Source: Chloroflexota bacterium (GTDB lineage Bacteria > Chloroflexota > Dehalococcoidia > SM23-28-2 > RBG-16-64-32). From it: a stretch of 56,868 nucleotides of DNA. Within the stretch, counting starts at the first letter, position 1. Each line of letters begins with the position of its first letter. Positions 17,066-26,106 of the stretch are shown here, in pieces. The notes below the pieces were generated by a model that ran no database searches, was not told the origin of the DNA, and worked only from the letters and a program-made list of their open reading frames with translations. Both the position numbers and the translations under genes were made by a program. The DNA lies in contig VBEI01000094.1 of assembly GCA_005882715.1 (NCBI GenBank), positions 1 through 56,868 on the forward strand. Direction: 5' to 3'.

Positions 17066-18808
17066 CTACCGCTGGCCGGAGACCAACGCCGTCTCTGTCG
17101 GCGGAATCTTCAGAAATGGTAGTGCGCCCTCAACGATGTGCTCGAAAGCGGGCGCGGCGACCACTGTACCCCAAGGCGTCCCTTGCGGCTCGTCGATCTT
17201 CACGAGGACAGCCAGGACGGGGTTGTCCAGCGGCGCGATGCCTAGGAACGAAGAGATATAGGCGTCTGGCTTGTATCCTCCGCCGTCCACCGTCAGGTTG
17301 GCTGTTCCCGTCTTTCCTCCGACCTTGTAGCCCTGCACATCGAGAAGTGTGGGCGATATCCCGTCAACTACAACGCCCATCATCTCGCGCAGGGTGCGTG
17401 CTGTCTCCGGCTTGATGACTTGCCCGGCCGCTTCTGGCGCCACCGTCTGGATGTGGCCGGGATAAGCGATCTCTTTGACGATCTTTGGTTTCATCATCAC
17501 GCCGTCATTGGCGATCGCCGCCGCCGACATCAATACCTGTAGAGGAGTTGCGCTCAGACCCTGGCCGAAGCTGTTCGTGGCCATATCCACGGACCGCCAG
17601 CTGCCCGGGTCACTGGCCGGCGTTCGCACCTGCCCGGTCACCTCGCCGCCCAGCCCGGAGCCGGTGGATTTGCCGAAGCCGAAGCGGTCGACATACGAAT
17701 AAAACTGTTCCGGACCGGCGAGGGTCGAAAGCCAGGCTGCTCCTGTATTGAGGCTCTTCGACAGAATCTGCGTGACGCTCTGGTCTCCATTTGCCGAGTA
17801 GTCCCAATTGCGAATCGTCCAGTTGTCTACCTTGAACACGCCCAAGTCGTGCCATGGCGTGTAGGGGCCCACAAGCCCGAGGTCCAGCGCGCACGCCATC
17901 GTCACGAGCTTGAAGACGGACCCCGGCTCGTATGTGTCCGTGACCGCTTTGTTCCGGAAGAGGGCAAGCTTTGAATCGTCACTCAGGTCCGGCTTCGTTA
18001 CGTCCGCCGTCGGGCTATTCGCCATCGCAAGTATCTCGCCCGTCTTGGGTTGAACGACGATCACGCTGCCACCTGTCGCCTTGGTCTTTTCGATTGTCTT
18101 TTCCAGTTCGGTCTCCGCGAGGCGCTGGATGTAGCGGTCGATCGTCAGGACCACGTTGGCTCCGGGCTGCGCCGCTACCTCCTGCCTTTCGCCGACCGCA
18201 ATCTGATTGCCGAGACCGTCCCTCTCGTACGTCAGCGTGCCCTTCGCGCCACCCAGCACGTCATTCAAGTCGGACTCCAGGCCGGTCAAGCCGGAATTGT
18301 CCTGCCCCACGAAGCCGAGCAATTGAGCGGCGAGGTTGCCTTCCGGATACACACGCCGGCTGCTCGCCATTAGGCGGACTCCACGCAGGCTGAGTTTACG
18401 AATTGCCTGCGCTTGCTCATAACTTAGACCGCGCGCGACGGGAACTTCGTAGATGGAGCTGGCCGAAACGCTGGCTACCATCTGCTCTGCCGGCACGCCC
18501 GCGATTGGGCTTAGCGCCGCAGCGGACTCCGTCGCGTTTTTCGAGTCCGACCAGGCCTTGGTCTCGACCATGAGGTCGAACGAGTCCTGGCTCCCGGCCA
18601 GAGGGTACCCATTTCGATCGAGGAGGGCGCCGCGCCGGCCTGAGATGGTGTCCTCGCTCACATGACTCAACCGGGCTTCAGTCGCGTACTCCTGATGATC
18701 CAGGATCTGAAGCTGTCCCAACCTGGCGATCAGCACTCCGGCGACGGCCACGATGGCCGCCACCACCATCCACACCCGCCACTTCGTGCTCCACTTCTGC
18801 CCTCTCAT
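17066..18808 (-). CDS. ftsI: class B penicillin-binding protein / division transpeptidase
   Basis: 580 aa. N-terminal TM helix, then SVFK (SxxK), SKSLN (SxN) and KTGTA (KTG). Confidence 0.92.
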   Translation of the reverse strand: MRGQKWSTKWRVWMVVAAIVAVAGVLIARLGQLQILDHQEYATEARLSHVSEDTISGRRGALLDRNGYPLAGSQDSFDLMVETKAWSDSKNATESAAALSPIAGVPAEQMVASVSASSIYEVPVARGLSYEQAQAIRKLSLRGVRLMASSRRVYPEGNLAAQLLGFVGQDNSGLTGLESDLNDVLGGAKGTLTYERDGLGNQIAVGERQEVAAQPGANVVLTIDRYIQRLAETELEKTIEKTKATGGSVIVVQPKTGEILAMANSPTADVTKPDLSDDSKLALFRNKAVTDTYEPGSVFKLVTMACALDLGLVGPYTPWHDLGVFKVDNWTIRNWDYSANGDQSVTQILSKSLNTGAAWLSTLAGPEQFYSYVDRFGFGKSTGSGLGGEVTGQVRTPASDPGSWRSVDMATNSFGQGLSATPLQVLMSAAAIANDGVMMKPKIVKEIAYPGHIQTVAPEAAGQVIKPETARTLREMMGVVVDGISPTLLDVQGYKVGGKTGTANLTVDGGGYKPDAYISSFLGIAPLDNPVLAVLVKIDEPQGTPWGTVVAAPAFEHIVEGALPFLKIPPTETALVSGQR

Positions 18809-18817
18809 AGTCGACTC

Positions 18818-19243
18818 TTACGGCGTCAGCCAGTCCAGGATGTCTTCGAAAAGAGATGGACTATCTGAATCCTTGTCTGCCTGTGCCGCCAGGTAGCGGC
18901 TCGGAATTTTGCGCGCCTCCGGCGCCGGCGCATCGACCGCGATGTAGTTCTGCGCCTTTGGCGGCCCCATCTTGAACCGCGCAGCCGCCTCCTGCTCGAT
19001 CCGGCTGAGGCTCCCCAGCTGGGCGATCTCCAGTTCGAGCGCCCGTAGACGCGCGCGCTGGTCCGTCCTTTCGGCCTCCAGCGCTCGAACATCGCCCGCG
19101 GTACTCGTTGCGCTGCTCGATTGGATCAGCGGCAGCAACGCTGTAACTCCGATCGCGAGCGCGGCAAGGATCAAGACGACGGGAAGCGCGGGCGAGCGCA
19201 ACACGCCCGGTCCGGCCGCCGGCTGTCTGCGCGCCGCGGCCAT
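18818..19243 (-). CDS. ftsL: FtsL-like cell division protein
   Basis: The ATG at 19241-19243 overlaps the rsmH TGA (TGATG). 141 aa with one TM helix and a coiled-coil-like segment (RALEAERTDQRARLRALELEIAQL). It lies between rsmH and ftsI. Confidence 0.6.
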   Translation of the reverse strand: MAAARRQPAAGPGVLRSPALPVVLILAALAIGVTALLPLIQSSSATSTAGDVRALEAERTDQRARLRALELEIAQLGSLSRIEQEAAARFKMGPPKAQNYIAVDAPAPEARKIPSRYLAAQADKDSDSPSLFEDILDWLTP

Positions 19244-20202
19244 CAGCTCTTTTCCGCCAGCTTGGCGGCCGCGCGTAGCCTCGCGCTGCGGCTGCGTGGA
19301 TTGGCGGCCACCTCTTCCCCTGTTGGACTGACCACCTTTTTGGTTACCGGCTTTAGGCGCGCTGTATGGCCGCACGTGCACACCGGTCTCTCCGGCGGGC
19401 AGATGCAGTCGCGCGATTCCAGCGCGATGAATTGCTTTACGATTCGGTCTTCCAGCGAGTGGAACGAAATGACTAGGAGCCTGCCTTCGCCGCCGAGAAC
19501 GTCAACCGCCTGGTCCAGCGCTTCCGTGAGGGCCCCCAGCTCGTCGTTCACGGCGATGCGCAGCGCCTGGAACGTCCGCGTCGCTGGGTGTATGCGTCGA
19601 CCGTGCTGCCCGCCCGTTGTTCGAGAAATAACAGTCGCCAGTTCTGTAGTCGTCCCAATCGGCCGCGAACGAGCTATCGCCCGCGCGATCCGCCGGCTGG
19701 CCGGCTCCTCGCCGAACCGCCATATCACGTCTGCCAATTTTTCCTCTTCATACTGATTCACGATTTCGGCCGCTGTCAGCGTCTGACCGGGACTGAACCG
19801 CATGTCCAGCGGTGCTTCCACCTGAAACCCGAACCCTCGCGATTCGTCGGCCAGCTGCATCGAGGAGACGCCCAGGTCGAAAAGCACCCCGTGCACCGGC
19901 ACGAAGTCGTACTCTTCGCACACGCTCGACAGTTCGCGGAAGTTCGACGTCACCAGCCGGACATCTTCGCCAAAACGCGCGAGCGCCGGCGTTGCGACTT
20001 CGAGAGCCCGTGGGTCGGCATCCATGCCGAGAAGCAGCCCGCCCGGCGAAGCGGCCTCGAGAATGGTGGCGGCATGACCGCCCGCGCCGACGGTACAGTC
20101 GACGTAACGACCGCCGGGCCGGACCGCCAGGTACCGGACAACTTCCTCCGTCAGGACGGGCGCGTGAGTCAGGGTTTTCCTGGGGGACAAATTTGCAACC
20201 AC
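19243..20202 (-). CDS. rsmH: 16S rRNA (cytosine1402-N4)-methyltransferase
   Basis: 319 aa with YVDCTVGAGGHA and FDLGVSSMQL. It follows mraZ. Confidence 0.95.
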   Translation of the reverse strand: MVANLSPRKTLTHAPVLTEEVVRYLAVRPGGRYVDCTVGAGGHAATILEAASPGGLLLGMDADPRALEVATPALARFGEDVRLVTSNFRELSSVCEEYDFVPVHGVLFDLGVSSMQLADESRGFGFQVEAPLDMRFSPGQTLTAAEIVNQYEEEKLADVIWRFGEEPASRRIARAIARSRPIGTTTELATVISRTTGGQHGRRIHPATRTFQALRIAVNDELGALTEALDQAVDVLGGEGRLLVISFHSLEDRIVKQFIALESRDCICPPERPVCTCGHTARLKPVTKKVVSPTGEEVAANPRSRSARLRAAAKLAEKS

Positions 20203-20207
20203 CTGTC

Positions 20208-20633
20208 CTAATCCTCAGGCGCCTGTTCTGTAGAGGAAGCCGCACGCGCAGCCTGCAATACTTGCTCCAGTCTCCGGGGATTCCATATCTCCAGACACTC
20301 CTTGCGCCCGGCGATTATTACCCCCCCGTCGACCGCCGCCTGCTGCCGAAGCAGCGGCGGGATCAGGATGCGACCCTGGCGGTCCAGCTCGGTGTCGTAA
20401 GAGTCTGAGTAGAATCCTCGCCGCGCGCGTCGACCGTCGCGCGTGGTGGGAGGCTCCACTGCCGTATGACTCGCCACATCATTAAAGCCGCCCTCCGTGT
20501 AGACCTCTATGCAGCCGTCTTCGCTCATCAGGAGGACGATCTTGTCCGCAAACTCATTCCGGTACCGCGCAGGCAGGGAGACACGGCCCCTGTCGTCTAT
20601 CGTGTGTTCGTATTTCCCCCGAAAGTCGACCAC
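20208..20633 (-). CDS. mraZ: division/cell wall cluster transcriptional regulator MraZ
   Basis: 141 aa. GTG start with AAGGAG 10 nt upstream. FRGKYEHTIDDRGRVSLPARYR, with two SpoVT/AbrB-like halves. Confidence 0.93.
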   Translation of the reverse strand: MVDFRGKYEHTIDDRGRVSLPARYRNEFADKIVLLMSEDGCIEVYTEGGFNDVASHTAVEPPTTRDGRRARRGFYSDSYDTELDRQGRILIPPLLRQQAAVDGGVIIAGRKECLEIWNPRRLEQVLQAARAASSTEQAPED

Positions 20634-20741
20634 CTAGTGCCAACTCCTTCTTGCCTGGCGATAGGAGAGTGCTATACTTTGGGCTGTCCTGCCCGCCGGT
20701 GGTTGGACCGAAGGGCCGGTCAGGCGGGTCATGGGTGGATT

Positions 20742-20795
20742 CCCCACTCCATCCCATTTCGTGGGCAATAATAACACTCATTCCCCTACTGTCAA
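20742..20795 (-). promoter_or_regulatory. dcw promoter with MraZ-box-like TGGGN repeats
   Basis: Minus strand: TTGACA (20795-20790), 16-nt spacer, TATTAT (20773-20768). Downstream is TGGGA-TGGAG-TGGGG (20756-20742), with the two TGGG motifs 10 bp apart. Confidence 0.55.
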
Positions 20796-20842
20796 GTGCT
20801 TATGCAATATTTTTCGTCTGAATTTTCCCACTGCTTCCACGA

Positions 20843-21334
20843 ATGAGCCCGCGCGCCGGCATCCTCACGATCTCGGACAAGGGCGCCGCCGGCGAACGCG
20901 AAGACACCTCAGGCGCCGCTATCCGCGAGCTTCTCGGGAGCATCCACGCCACCGTCGAGCGCTACGAAGTTATTCCCGATGAGCAGCCGAAGATCTGCGA
21001 GCGCTTAAGACAGTGGGCAGACGGTGGGCAGCTCGACCTTATCGTGACGACAGGCGGCACCGGCCTCGGCCCTCGCGACGTGACACCCGAGGCCACACGG
21101 GCAGTCATCGACTACGAAGTCCCCGGCCTCGCGGAAGCCATGCGCGCCGAGGGGCTTAAGCAAACGCCGATGTCGATGCTCAGCCGCGCGGTCGCGGGTG
21201 TGCGGGGGCGGACGCTTATCATCAACCTGCCGGGTAGCCCCAAAGGCGTCCGCGAGAACCTGTCGCTAATCCTGCCGGTGCTTCCCCACGCGCTCGCACT
21301 CTTGCGAGGTGAAGCATCCGAGCATTCACCCTAG
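20843..21334 (+). CDS. mog: molybdenum cofactor biosynthesis protein (MogA/MoaB family)
   Basis: 163 aa. ILTISDKGAAGEREDTSG and TTGGTGLGPRDVTPEAT. Confidence 0.88.
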   Translation: MSPRAGILTISDKGAAGEREDTSGAAIRELLGSIHATVERYEVIPDEQPKICERLRQWADGGQLDLIVTTGGTGLGPRDVTPEATRAVIDYEVPGLAEAMRAEGLKQTPMSMLSRAVAGVRGRTLIINLPGSPKGVRENLSLILPVLPHALALLRGEASEHSP

Positions 21335-21346
21335 TCCTAGGTTTGC

Positions 21347-21379
21347 GCTCCTGACTCCTGGCTCCTTGCTCCTACCTCG
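21347..21379. repeat. short CT-rich intergenic element, copy B
   Basis: GCTCCTGACTCCTGGCTCCTTGCTCCTACCTCG. It shares ACTCCT(A/G)GCTCCT...TCCTACCTCG with copy A. Confidence 0.4.
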
Positions 21380-21402
21380 ATGTGGGGCAAAATGGGATGA
21401 GC

Positions 21403-22152
21403 ATGCGCATCGATATCCTCACTCTCTTTCCAGCCATGTTTCGCGGCCCCTTCGATGAGTCCATCATCAAGCGGGCCGTCGAGTCCGGCGTCGTTTCCAT
21501 TCACACCCACGATATCCGCGAGTGGGCCAAGGGACGCCACAAGGTCGCTGACGACTACCCCTACGGCGGGGGCCCGGGCATGGTCCTCAAACCCGAGCCC
21601 GTCTTCGAGGCGACCGAGGCGGTCGTCGAGATGGCGCCGGAGCGCGGCCCAATCGTTCTGTTGACCCCTCTCGGGCGCGTTCTCGACCACGACCTCACGT
21701 TGGAGCTGGCATCCGAACTGCGCCTCGTGCTCGTCTGCGGCCACTACGAGGGCGTTGACGCCCGCGTCCACGAACGCCTCGCGACCAGCGAGATCAGCAT
21801 CGGCGACTACGTGCTCTCCGGCGGCGAGCTGCCGGCGATGGTCCTCGTCGATGCCGTCGTCCGCCATCTCCCCGGTGCGCTTGGCTCGCCGGATTCCGCC
21901 GGCGACGAGTCGTTCGCCGGTGGGTTGCTCGAAGCGCCGCCCTACACGCGCCCGCCGGAATTCCGCGGCTGGGAGGTGCCGGACGTGCTGCTCTCAGGCA
22001 ACCACCCGGAGGTGGCACGTTGGCGCCGCCGCCGCAACCTGCTCTGGACTGCGCAGCGCCGTCCCGACCTACTCGAAACGGCCCGCCTGACCGATGAGGA
22101 CCGTGAATGGCTGGCCGCCAACCAAGTTGCCGCCAAAGAGGGCGACCTTTAG
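21403..22152 (+). CDS. trmD: tRNA (guanine37-N1)-methyltransferase
   Basis: MRIDILTLFPAMF and DDYPYGGGPGMVLKPEPV. The track ORF starts at GTG 21382; the ATG at 21403 fits the conserved N-terminus. Confidence 0.93.
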   Translation: MRIDILTLFPAMFRGPFDESIIKRAVESGVVSIHTHDIREWAKGRHKVADDYPYGGGPGMVLKPEPVFEATEAVVEMAPERGPIVLLTPLGRVLDHDLTLELASELRLVLVCGHYEGVDARVHERLATSEISIGDYVLSGGELPAMVLVDAVVRHLPGALGSPDSAGDESFAGGLLEAPPYTRPPEFRGWEVPDVLLSGNHPEVARWRRRRNLLWTAQRRPDLLETARLTDEDREWLAANQVAAKEGDL

Positions 22153-22169
22153 ACTGAAGGCGTTGTGCC

Positions 22170-22829
22170 ATGGACGCCAAATCCTTTGTAGACCTCAAGC
22201 GCAACCCAAAGATCCCGGACTTTCGTCCCGGGGATTCCGTCCGTGTTCACGCCCGGGTCGTCGAGGGCGACCGTGAGCGCATCCAGGTCTTCGAGGGCGT
22301 AGTCATCCGCATACGCACCCGCGGCGCCGGCTCCAGCTTTACCGTCCGTCGCGTGAGTCACGGCGTCGGCGTAGAGCGCGTCTTCCCGTACCACTCGCCG
22401 CTGGTCGAGAAGGTCGAGGTGGCGCGGGTTGGTCGGGTACGCCGGGCGCGCCTCTACTATTTGCGCGACCGCGTGGGCAAGGCTGCGCGCATCAAGCCCG
22501 GTTCCCGTGCCCGCTTCGAGGCGCTAACAGCGCCGGGTGCCTTGCCGGAGCCCGAACCGGAAGAAGAGTATATAGAGGAAGAGGCGGACATCGGCGAGGA
22601 CGGCGCGACACCTGAAGCCGAGCTTGCGGAAGAGACGGCTGCAGGTGAAGGGGAGGAGCCTGCTGCAGAAGTAGGGGAAGTGCCTTCCGTAGAAGCATCC
22701 GAGGAGGCGCCAGTCGGACCAGCCGAGGAGCCCGAAGCGGAGGCGGCTGAAGAAGCGCCCGCCGAAGAGGGCGAGACCGAAGAACCGCCGGGCGAGCCCG
22801 AGGAAGCCGAAGAGCCCACGAAGGCGTAA
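22170..22829 (+). CDS. rplS: 50S ribosomal protein L19 with a roughly 100-aa acidic C-terminal extension
   Basis: L19 core: [32 protein letters not shown]...[21 protein letters not shown]. This is followed by an E/A/P-rich tail. It follows trmD. Confidence 0.92.
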   Translation: MDAKSFVDLKRNPKIPDFRPGDSVRVHARVVEGDRERIQVFEGVVIRIRTRGAGSSFTVRRVSHGVGVERVFPYHSPLVEKVEVARVGRVRRARLYYLRDRVGKAARIKPGSRARFEALTAPGALPEPEPEEEYIEEEADIGEDGATPEAELAEETAAGEGEEPAAEVGEVPSVEASEEAPVGPAEEPEAEAAEEAPAEEGETEEPPGEPEEAEEPTKA

Positions 22830-22846
22830 GCGGTTGCCTTACCTTG

Positions 22847-22875
22847 CGTCTTCGTGAGGAACGAAGGACGTTTCC
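22847..22875 (+). terminator. hairpin terminator candidate after rplS
   Basis: CGTCTTCGT-gagga-ACGAAGGACG (9 bp with one bulge), then TTTCC. Confidence 0.4.
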
Positions 22876-23065
22876 CTGCCAGTCGCTGGGGAGCTATACA
22901 GAAGCCGGGCACCCACGGAGGTGCGCTCGCCCTTCTCCCGCGCATCCCCCGTCTGCGCCGGATTCTCCCTTCGACAGAATGACAACGCGAACCGATCTGC
23001 GCGCGCGTCCCTTGTGACATCCTGCCGTTCGAGATAGCCGCGCCGCTCGCTATACTGGCGCCACA

Positions 23066-25525
23066 ATGCCCTTCGCCGAAGTAGCGGTCAACGCCGCCGC
23101 TCCCCTCCGCCAGACGTTCACTTATCGCGTTCCCGACGGCCTCCCGATTGAGCCCGGTCAAGCGGTGTACGTCCCCTTCGGCTCGCGTACACTCCAGGGC
23201 ATCGTTGTTGAGACGAGCGAGACTGCTTCGGTCGCGCAGACCCGCGACATCGCCGACGTGATTGACGTGCGGCCTCACCTCTCTCCGGCGCATATCCAGC
23301 TGGCCCGCTGGCTCAGCGACTACTACCTCGCCCCGCTCTTCGACTGCATCTCGTTGATGTTGCCGCCCGGCTTCAAGCGCCGCCCGCTCGTCATGCTCCG
23401 CCCTCTCGCCTCCGTCGAAGAGCTGCCGCACCTCAAGCTCACGGACCTCCAGGCGACGGTCCTCCGCCGCGCGATCGAGCTGGGTGAGACCGAGGCGGAG
23501 CAACTGCGGCGCGAGCTCAAGATCAAGGGGGCGCCGTCCGCCATCTCCGCGCTGATCAAGCGCGGCTTCCTCCAGCGCTCGTACCGGCTCGCCCGCCCGC
23601 AGATTGCTCCCAAGGTCGTGCGACAGTTGCGGCTCGACGCGCCCGAGGGAGAGGTGCTCGCCCGCATAGAGGCCCTCCGCGAAGACGGCACACCACGCGC
23701 GCTCCGCCGCGGCCTCGTCCTCGAAGCGCTCGTCGACGAGGGCGTCCTGCCGCTGCCCCGTGCTCGTGACCTGGGCCTGACTCCTGCTTTCCTTCGCGAT
23801 TTGGAGACGGAAGGCATTGCCCGTATCGAGGAAGTGAACGTGGTCCGGGATCCGCTGGCGGGACGTATTTTCCCTTACCGTGGGCCGCCCCAGCTTACCG
23901 CTGACCAGCAGCGGGCCTACGAAGCGATTGCCGAGGCGCTCGGCCCAGACCCGCTGAGGCGAGACCCGAAGACCTTCCTTCTTCACGGTGTGACCGGCAG
24001 CGGGAAGACCGAGGTGTATCTCGCAGCTCTCGACCGTGCCGTCGCGCTCGGCAAACGGGGCATCGTCCTCGTGCCGGAAATCTCGCTTACACCTCAGACG
24101 GTCCGCCGTTTTGCTGAGCGCCTTCCGGGACAGGTCGCGGTTATGCATAGCCGCCTGTCATTGGGCGAGCACTTCGACATGTGGCATGAGATCCGCGATG
24201 GTCGTTACGCGGTCGTCATCGGCCCGCGTAGCGCGCTCTTCGCGCCGCAGCCTGACCTTGCCCTCGTAATCATCGACGAGGAGCACGAGTGGACGTACAA
24301 GCAGCAGGAAGGCTCGCCCCGCTACTATGCTCGCCGCGCCGCTGAGGAGCTGTGCCGTCTTACTGGCGCCGTGCTCGTCCTCGGCTCAGCTACGCCGGAT
24401 GTCGAGAGCCGCTTGCGCGCGGACGACGGCGCCTACCGCTTGCTCGAGCTGCCCGAACGCCTGCTGCGGGCAGACGACGGCTCCGTCGAAGCCGGCCCGC
24501 TTCCGGAAGTCGATGTCGTCGACCTGCGGGAGGAGTTGAAAGCGGGCAACCGAAGCATCTTCAGCCGCCCGCTAGCGGCCGCAATGCACCGCGCTCTCGA
24601 CGCCCGCGAACAGGTAATCCTGTTCCTCAACCGCCGTGGGACGGCGTCGTTCGTACAGTGCCGGGACTGCGGCTACGTGCCCGAATGCCGCTCATGCGCC
24701 GTCGCGCTGACGTACCACGAGAGCGAGGACGCTCTCATCTGCCACTATTGCCGGCGCAAGCAGGCTCTACCCACCCGGTGTCCCGAGTGCGGGGGCGACC
24801 GCATACGACAGGTCGGTCTAGGGACGCAGCGCGTCGAGGAGGAGGTGCGCCGCGCCTTTCCGGAGGCGCGCACCCTCCGCTGGGACCGCGACGTCACCCG
24901 CGGGCGCGATTCCCACGAAGCGATCCTCGCCCGCTTCCTCGCACACGAGGCGGATGTGCTGATCGGCACGCAGATGATCGCGAAGGGGCTCGACATGCCG
25001 CTCGTCACACTCGTCGGCGTGGTCACGGCGGACACCGGGCTCCACCTCCCGGACTTCCGCGCCGCCGAGCGCACATTCCAGCTGCTGGAGCAGGTGGCCG
25101 GTCGCGCCGGGCGGGGTCCCCGGGGCGGCCGCGTGATCGTCCAGACGTACACGCCGGAGAACCACGCGATCCAGTCCGTGCGCAAGCACGACTACGCGTC
25201 GATGTATGAGCGAGAGATCGAGTTCCGGCGCAACCTTGGCTACCCACCGTTCGGGCGGCTCGTCAGGTTGAGCTTCGCGCATACGGGCGCAGCCTACTCG
25301 CAGGAGCAAGCGGCCGCGATGGCGCGCCGCCTGACGCAGGAAAGAGACCGCCAGGGCCTGCCGAACCTTGACATTCTCGGCCCGGCCCCCGCCTTCGTCC
25401 CCCGCGTGCGCGGGCGCTGGCGCTGGAACGTCGTCCTGCGCGGCGCCGACCCGGTCGCGTTGATCCGCGAAATGCAGTTCCCGCGCGGCTGGACCGTAGA
25501 CGTCGACCCAGCGTCTTTGCTCTGA
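23066..25525 (+). CDS. priA: primosomal protein N' (replication restart helicase)
   Basis: 819 aa. Walker A GVTGSGKTEVY, a DEEH box, and a Cys-rich zinc module (CRDCGY..CRSC...CHYC..CPECGG). Confidence 0.95.
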   Translation: MPFAEVAVNAAAPLRQTFTYRVPDGLPIEPGQAVYVPFGSRTLQGIVVETSETASVAQTRDIADVIDVRPHLSPAHIQLARWLSDYYLAPLFDCISLMLPPGFKRRPLVMLRPLASVEELPHLKLTDLQATVLRRAIELGETEAEQLRRELKIKGAPSAISALIKRGFLQRSYRLARPQIAPKVVRQLRLDAPEGEVLARIEALREDGTPRALRRGLVLEALVDEGVLPLPRARDLGLTPAFLRDLETEGIARIEEVNVVRDPLAGRIFPYRGPPQLTADQQRAYEAIAEALGPDPLRRDPKTFLLHGVTGSGKTEVYLAALDRAVALGKRGIVLVPEISLTPQTVRRFAERLPGQVAVMHSRLSLGEHFDMWHEIRDGRYAVVIGPRSALFAPQPDLALVIIDEEHEWTYKQQEGSPRYYARRAAEELCRLTGAVLVLGSATPDVESRLRADDGAYRLLELPERLLRADDGSVEAGPLPEVDVVDLREELKAGNRSIFSRPLAAAMHRALDAREQVILFLNRRGTASFVQCRDCGYVPECRSCAVALTYHESEDALICHYCRRKQALPTRCPECGGDRIRQVGLGTQRVEEEVRRAFPEARTLRWDRDVTRGRDSHEAILARFLAHEADVLIGTQMIAKGLDMPLVTLVGVVTADTGLHLPDFRAAERTFQLLEQVAGRAGRGPRGGRVIVQTYTPENHAIQSVRKHDYASMYEREIEFRRNLGYPPFGRLVRLSFAHTGAAYSQEQAAAMARRLTQERDRQGLPNLDILGPAPAFVPRVRGRWRWNVVLRGADPVALIREMQFPRGWTVDVDPASLL

Positions 25526-25566
25526 CCGCTGGCGCGGGCCGACCATAGGTTAAAATCGAGCCTGCG

Positions 25567-26082
25567 ATGACCGTGCACACCATCCGCCTCCTTCCAGATC
25601 CGGTGCTCCGCCAGAAGGCGAAGCGCGTGCCCCAAATTGACGGGTCTGTCCACAAGCTGATTGAGGACATGATCGAAAGTATGTACGAGGCCCGCGGCGT
25701 CGGACTGGCGGCGCCGCAGATCGGCGTGTCGCTGCGGGTCATCGTCCTCGGCATGCCCGAGGAGGAGCCGTTCGCGCTCATCAACCCGGAGATCGTAAAG
25801 CGTGCCGGCGAGCGGACGGTCGACGAGGGCTGCCTGTCGCTGCCCGGTTACCGGGGCGAGCTGACCCGCTCGACGCTTGTCATTGCCAAGGGCCTGGACA
25901 CGTCCGGCAAGCAGGTGCGCATCAAGGCGAAGGACGACCTGCTGGCCCAGGCGCTCGAGCACGAGATCGACCATATCAACGGAACGCTGTATATCGACCA
26001 CCTGCCGAGCCTGGATATGCTGCGCAAGATCGAGCCCGAGGAACCGGACGAGGAGCCCGAGCCCGCGACGAGCGCCGAGTAG
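25567..26082 (+). CDS. def: peptide deformylase
   Basis: 171 aa with [18 protein letters not shown] and HEIDHING. Confidence 0.95.
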   Translation: MTVHTIRLLPDPVLRQKAKRVPQIDGSVHKLIEDMIESMYEARGVGLAAPQIGVSLRVIVLGMPEEEPFALINPEIVKRAGERTVDEGCLSLPGYRGELTRSTLVIAKGLDTSGKQVRIKAKDDLLAQALEHEIDHINGTLYIDHLPSLDMLRKIEPEEPDEEPEPATSAE

Positions 26083-26106
26083 GCGCGCGCTGTAAGCTAA
26101 TCTCCT

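Noticed and set aside
22457-24148. 563-aa ORF on the minus strand
   Set aside because: It lies entirely antisense to rplS and priA, which both have clear family motifs. The product is Arg/Ala/Gly-rich low complexity with no recognisable domain. This is a typical long antisense frame in high-GC DNA.
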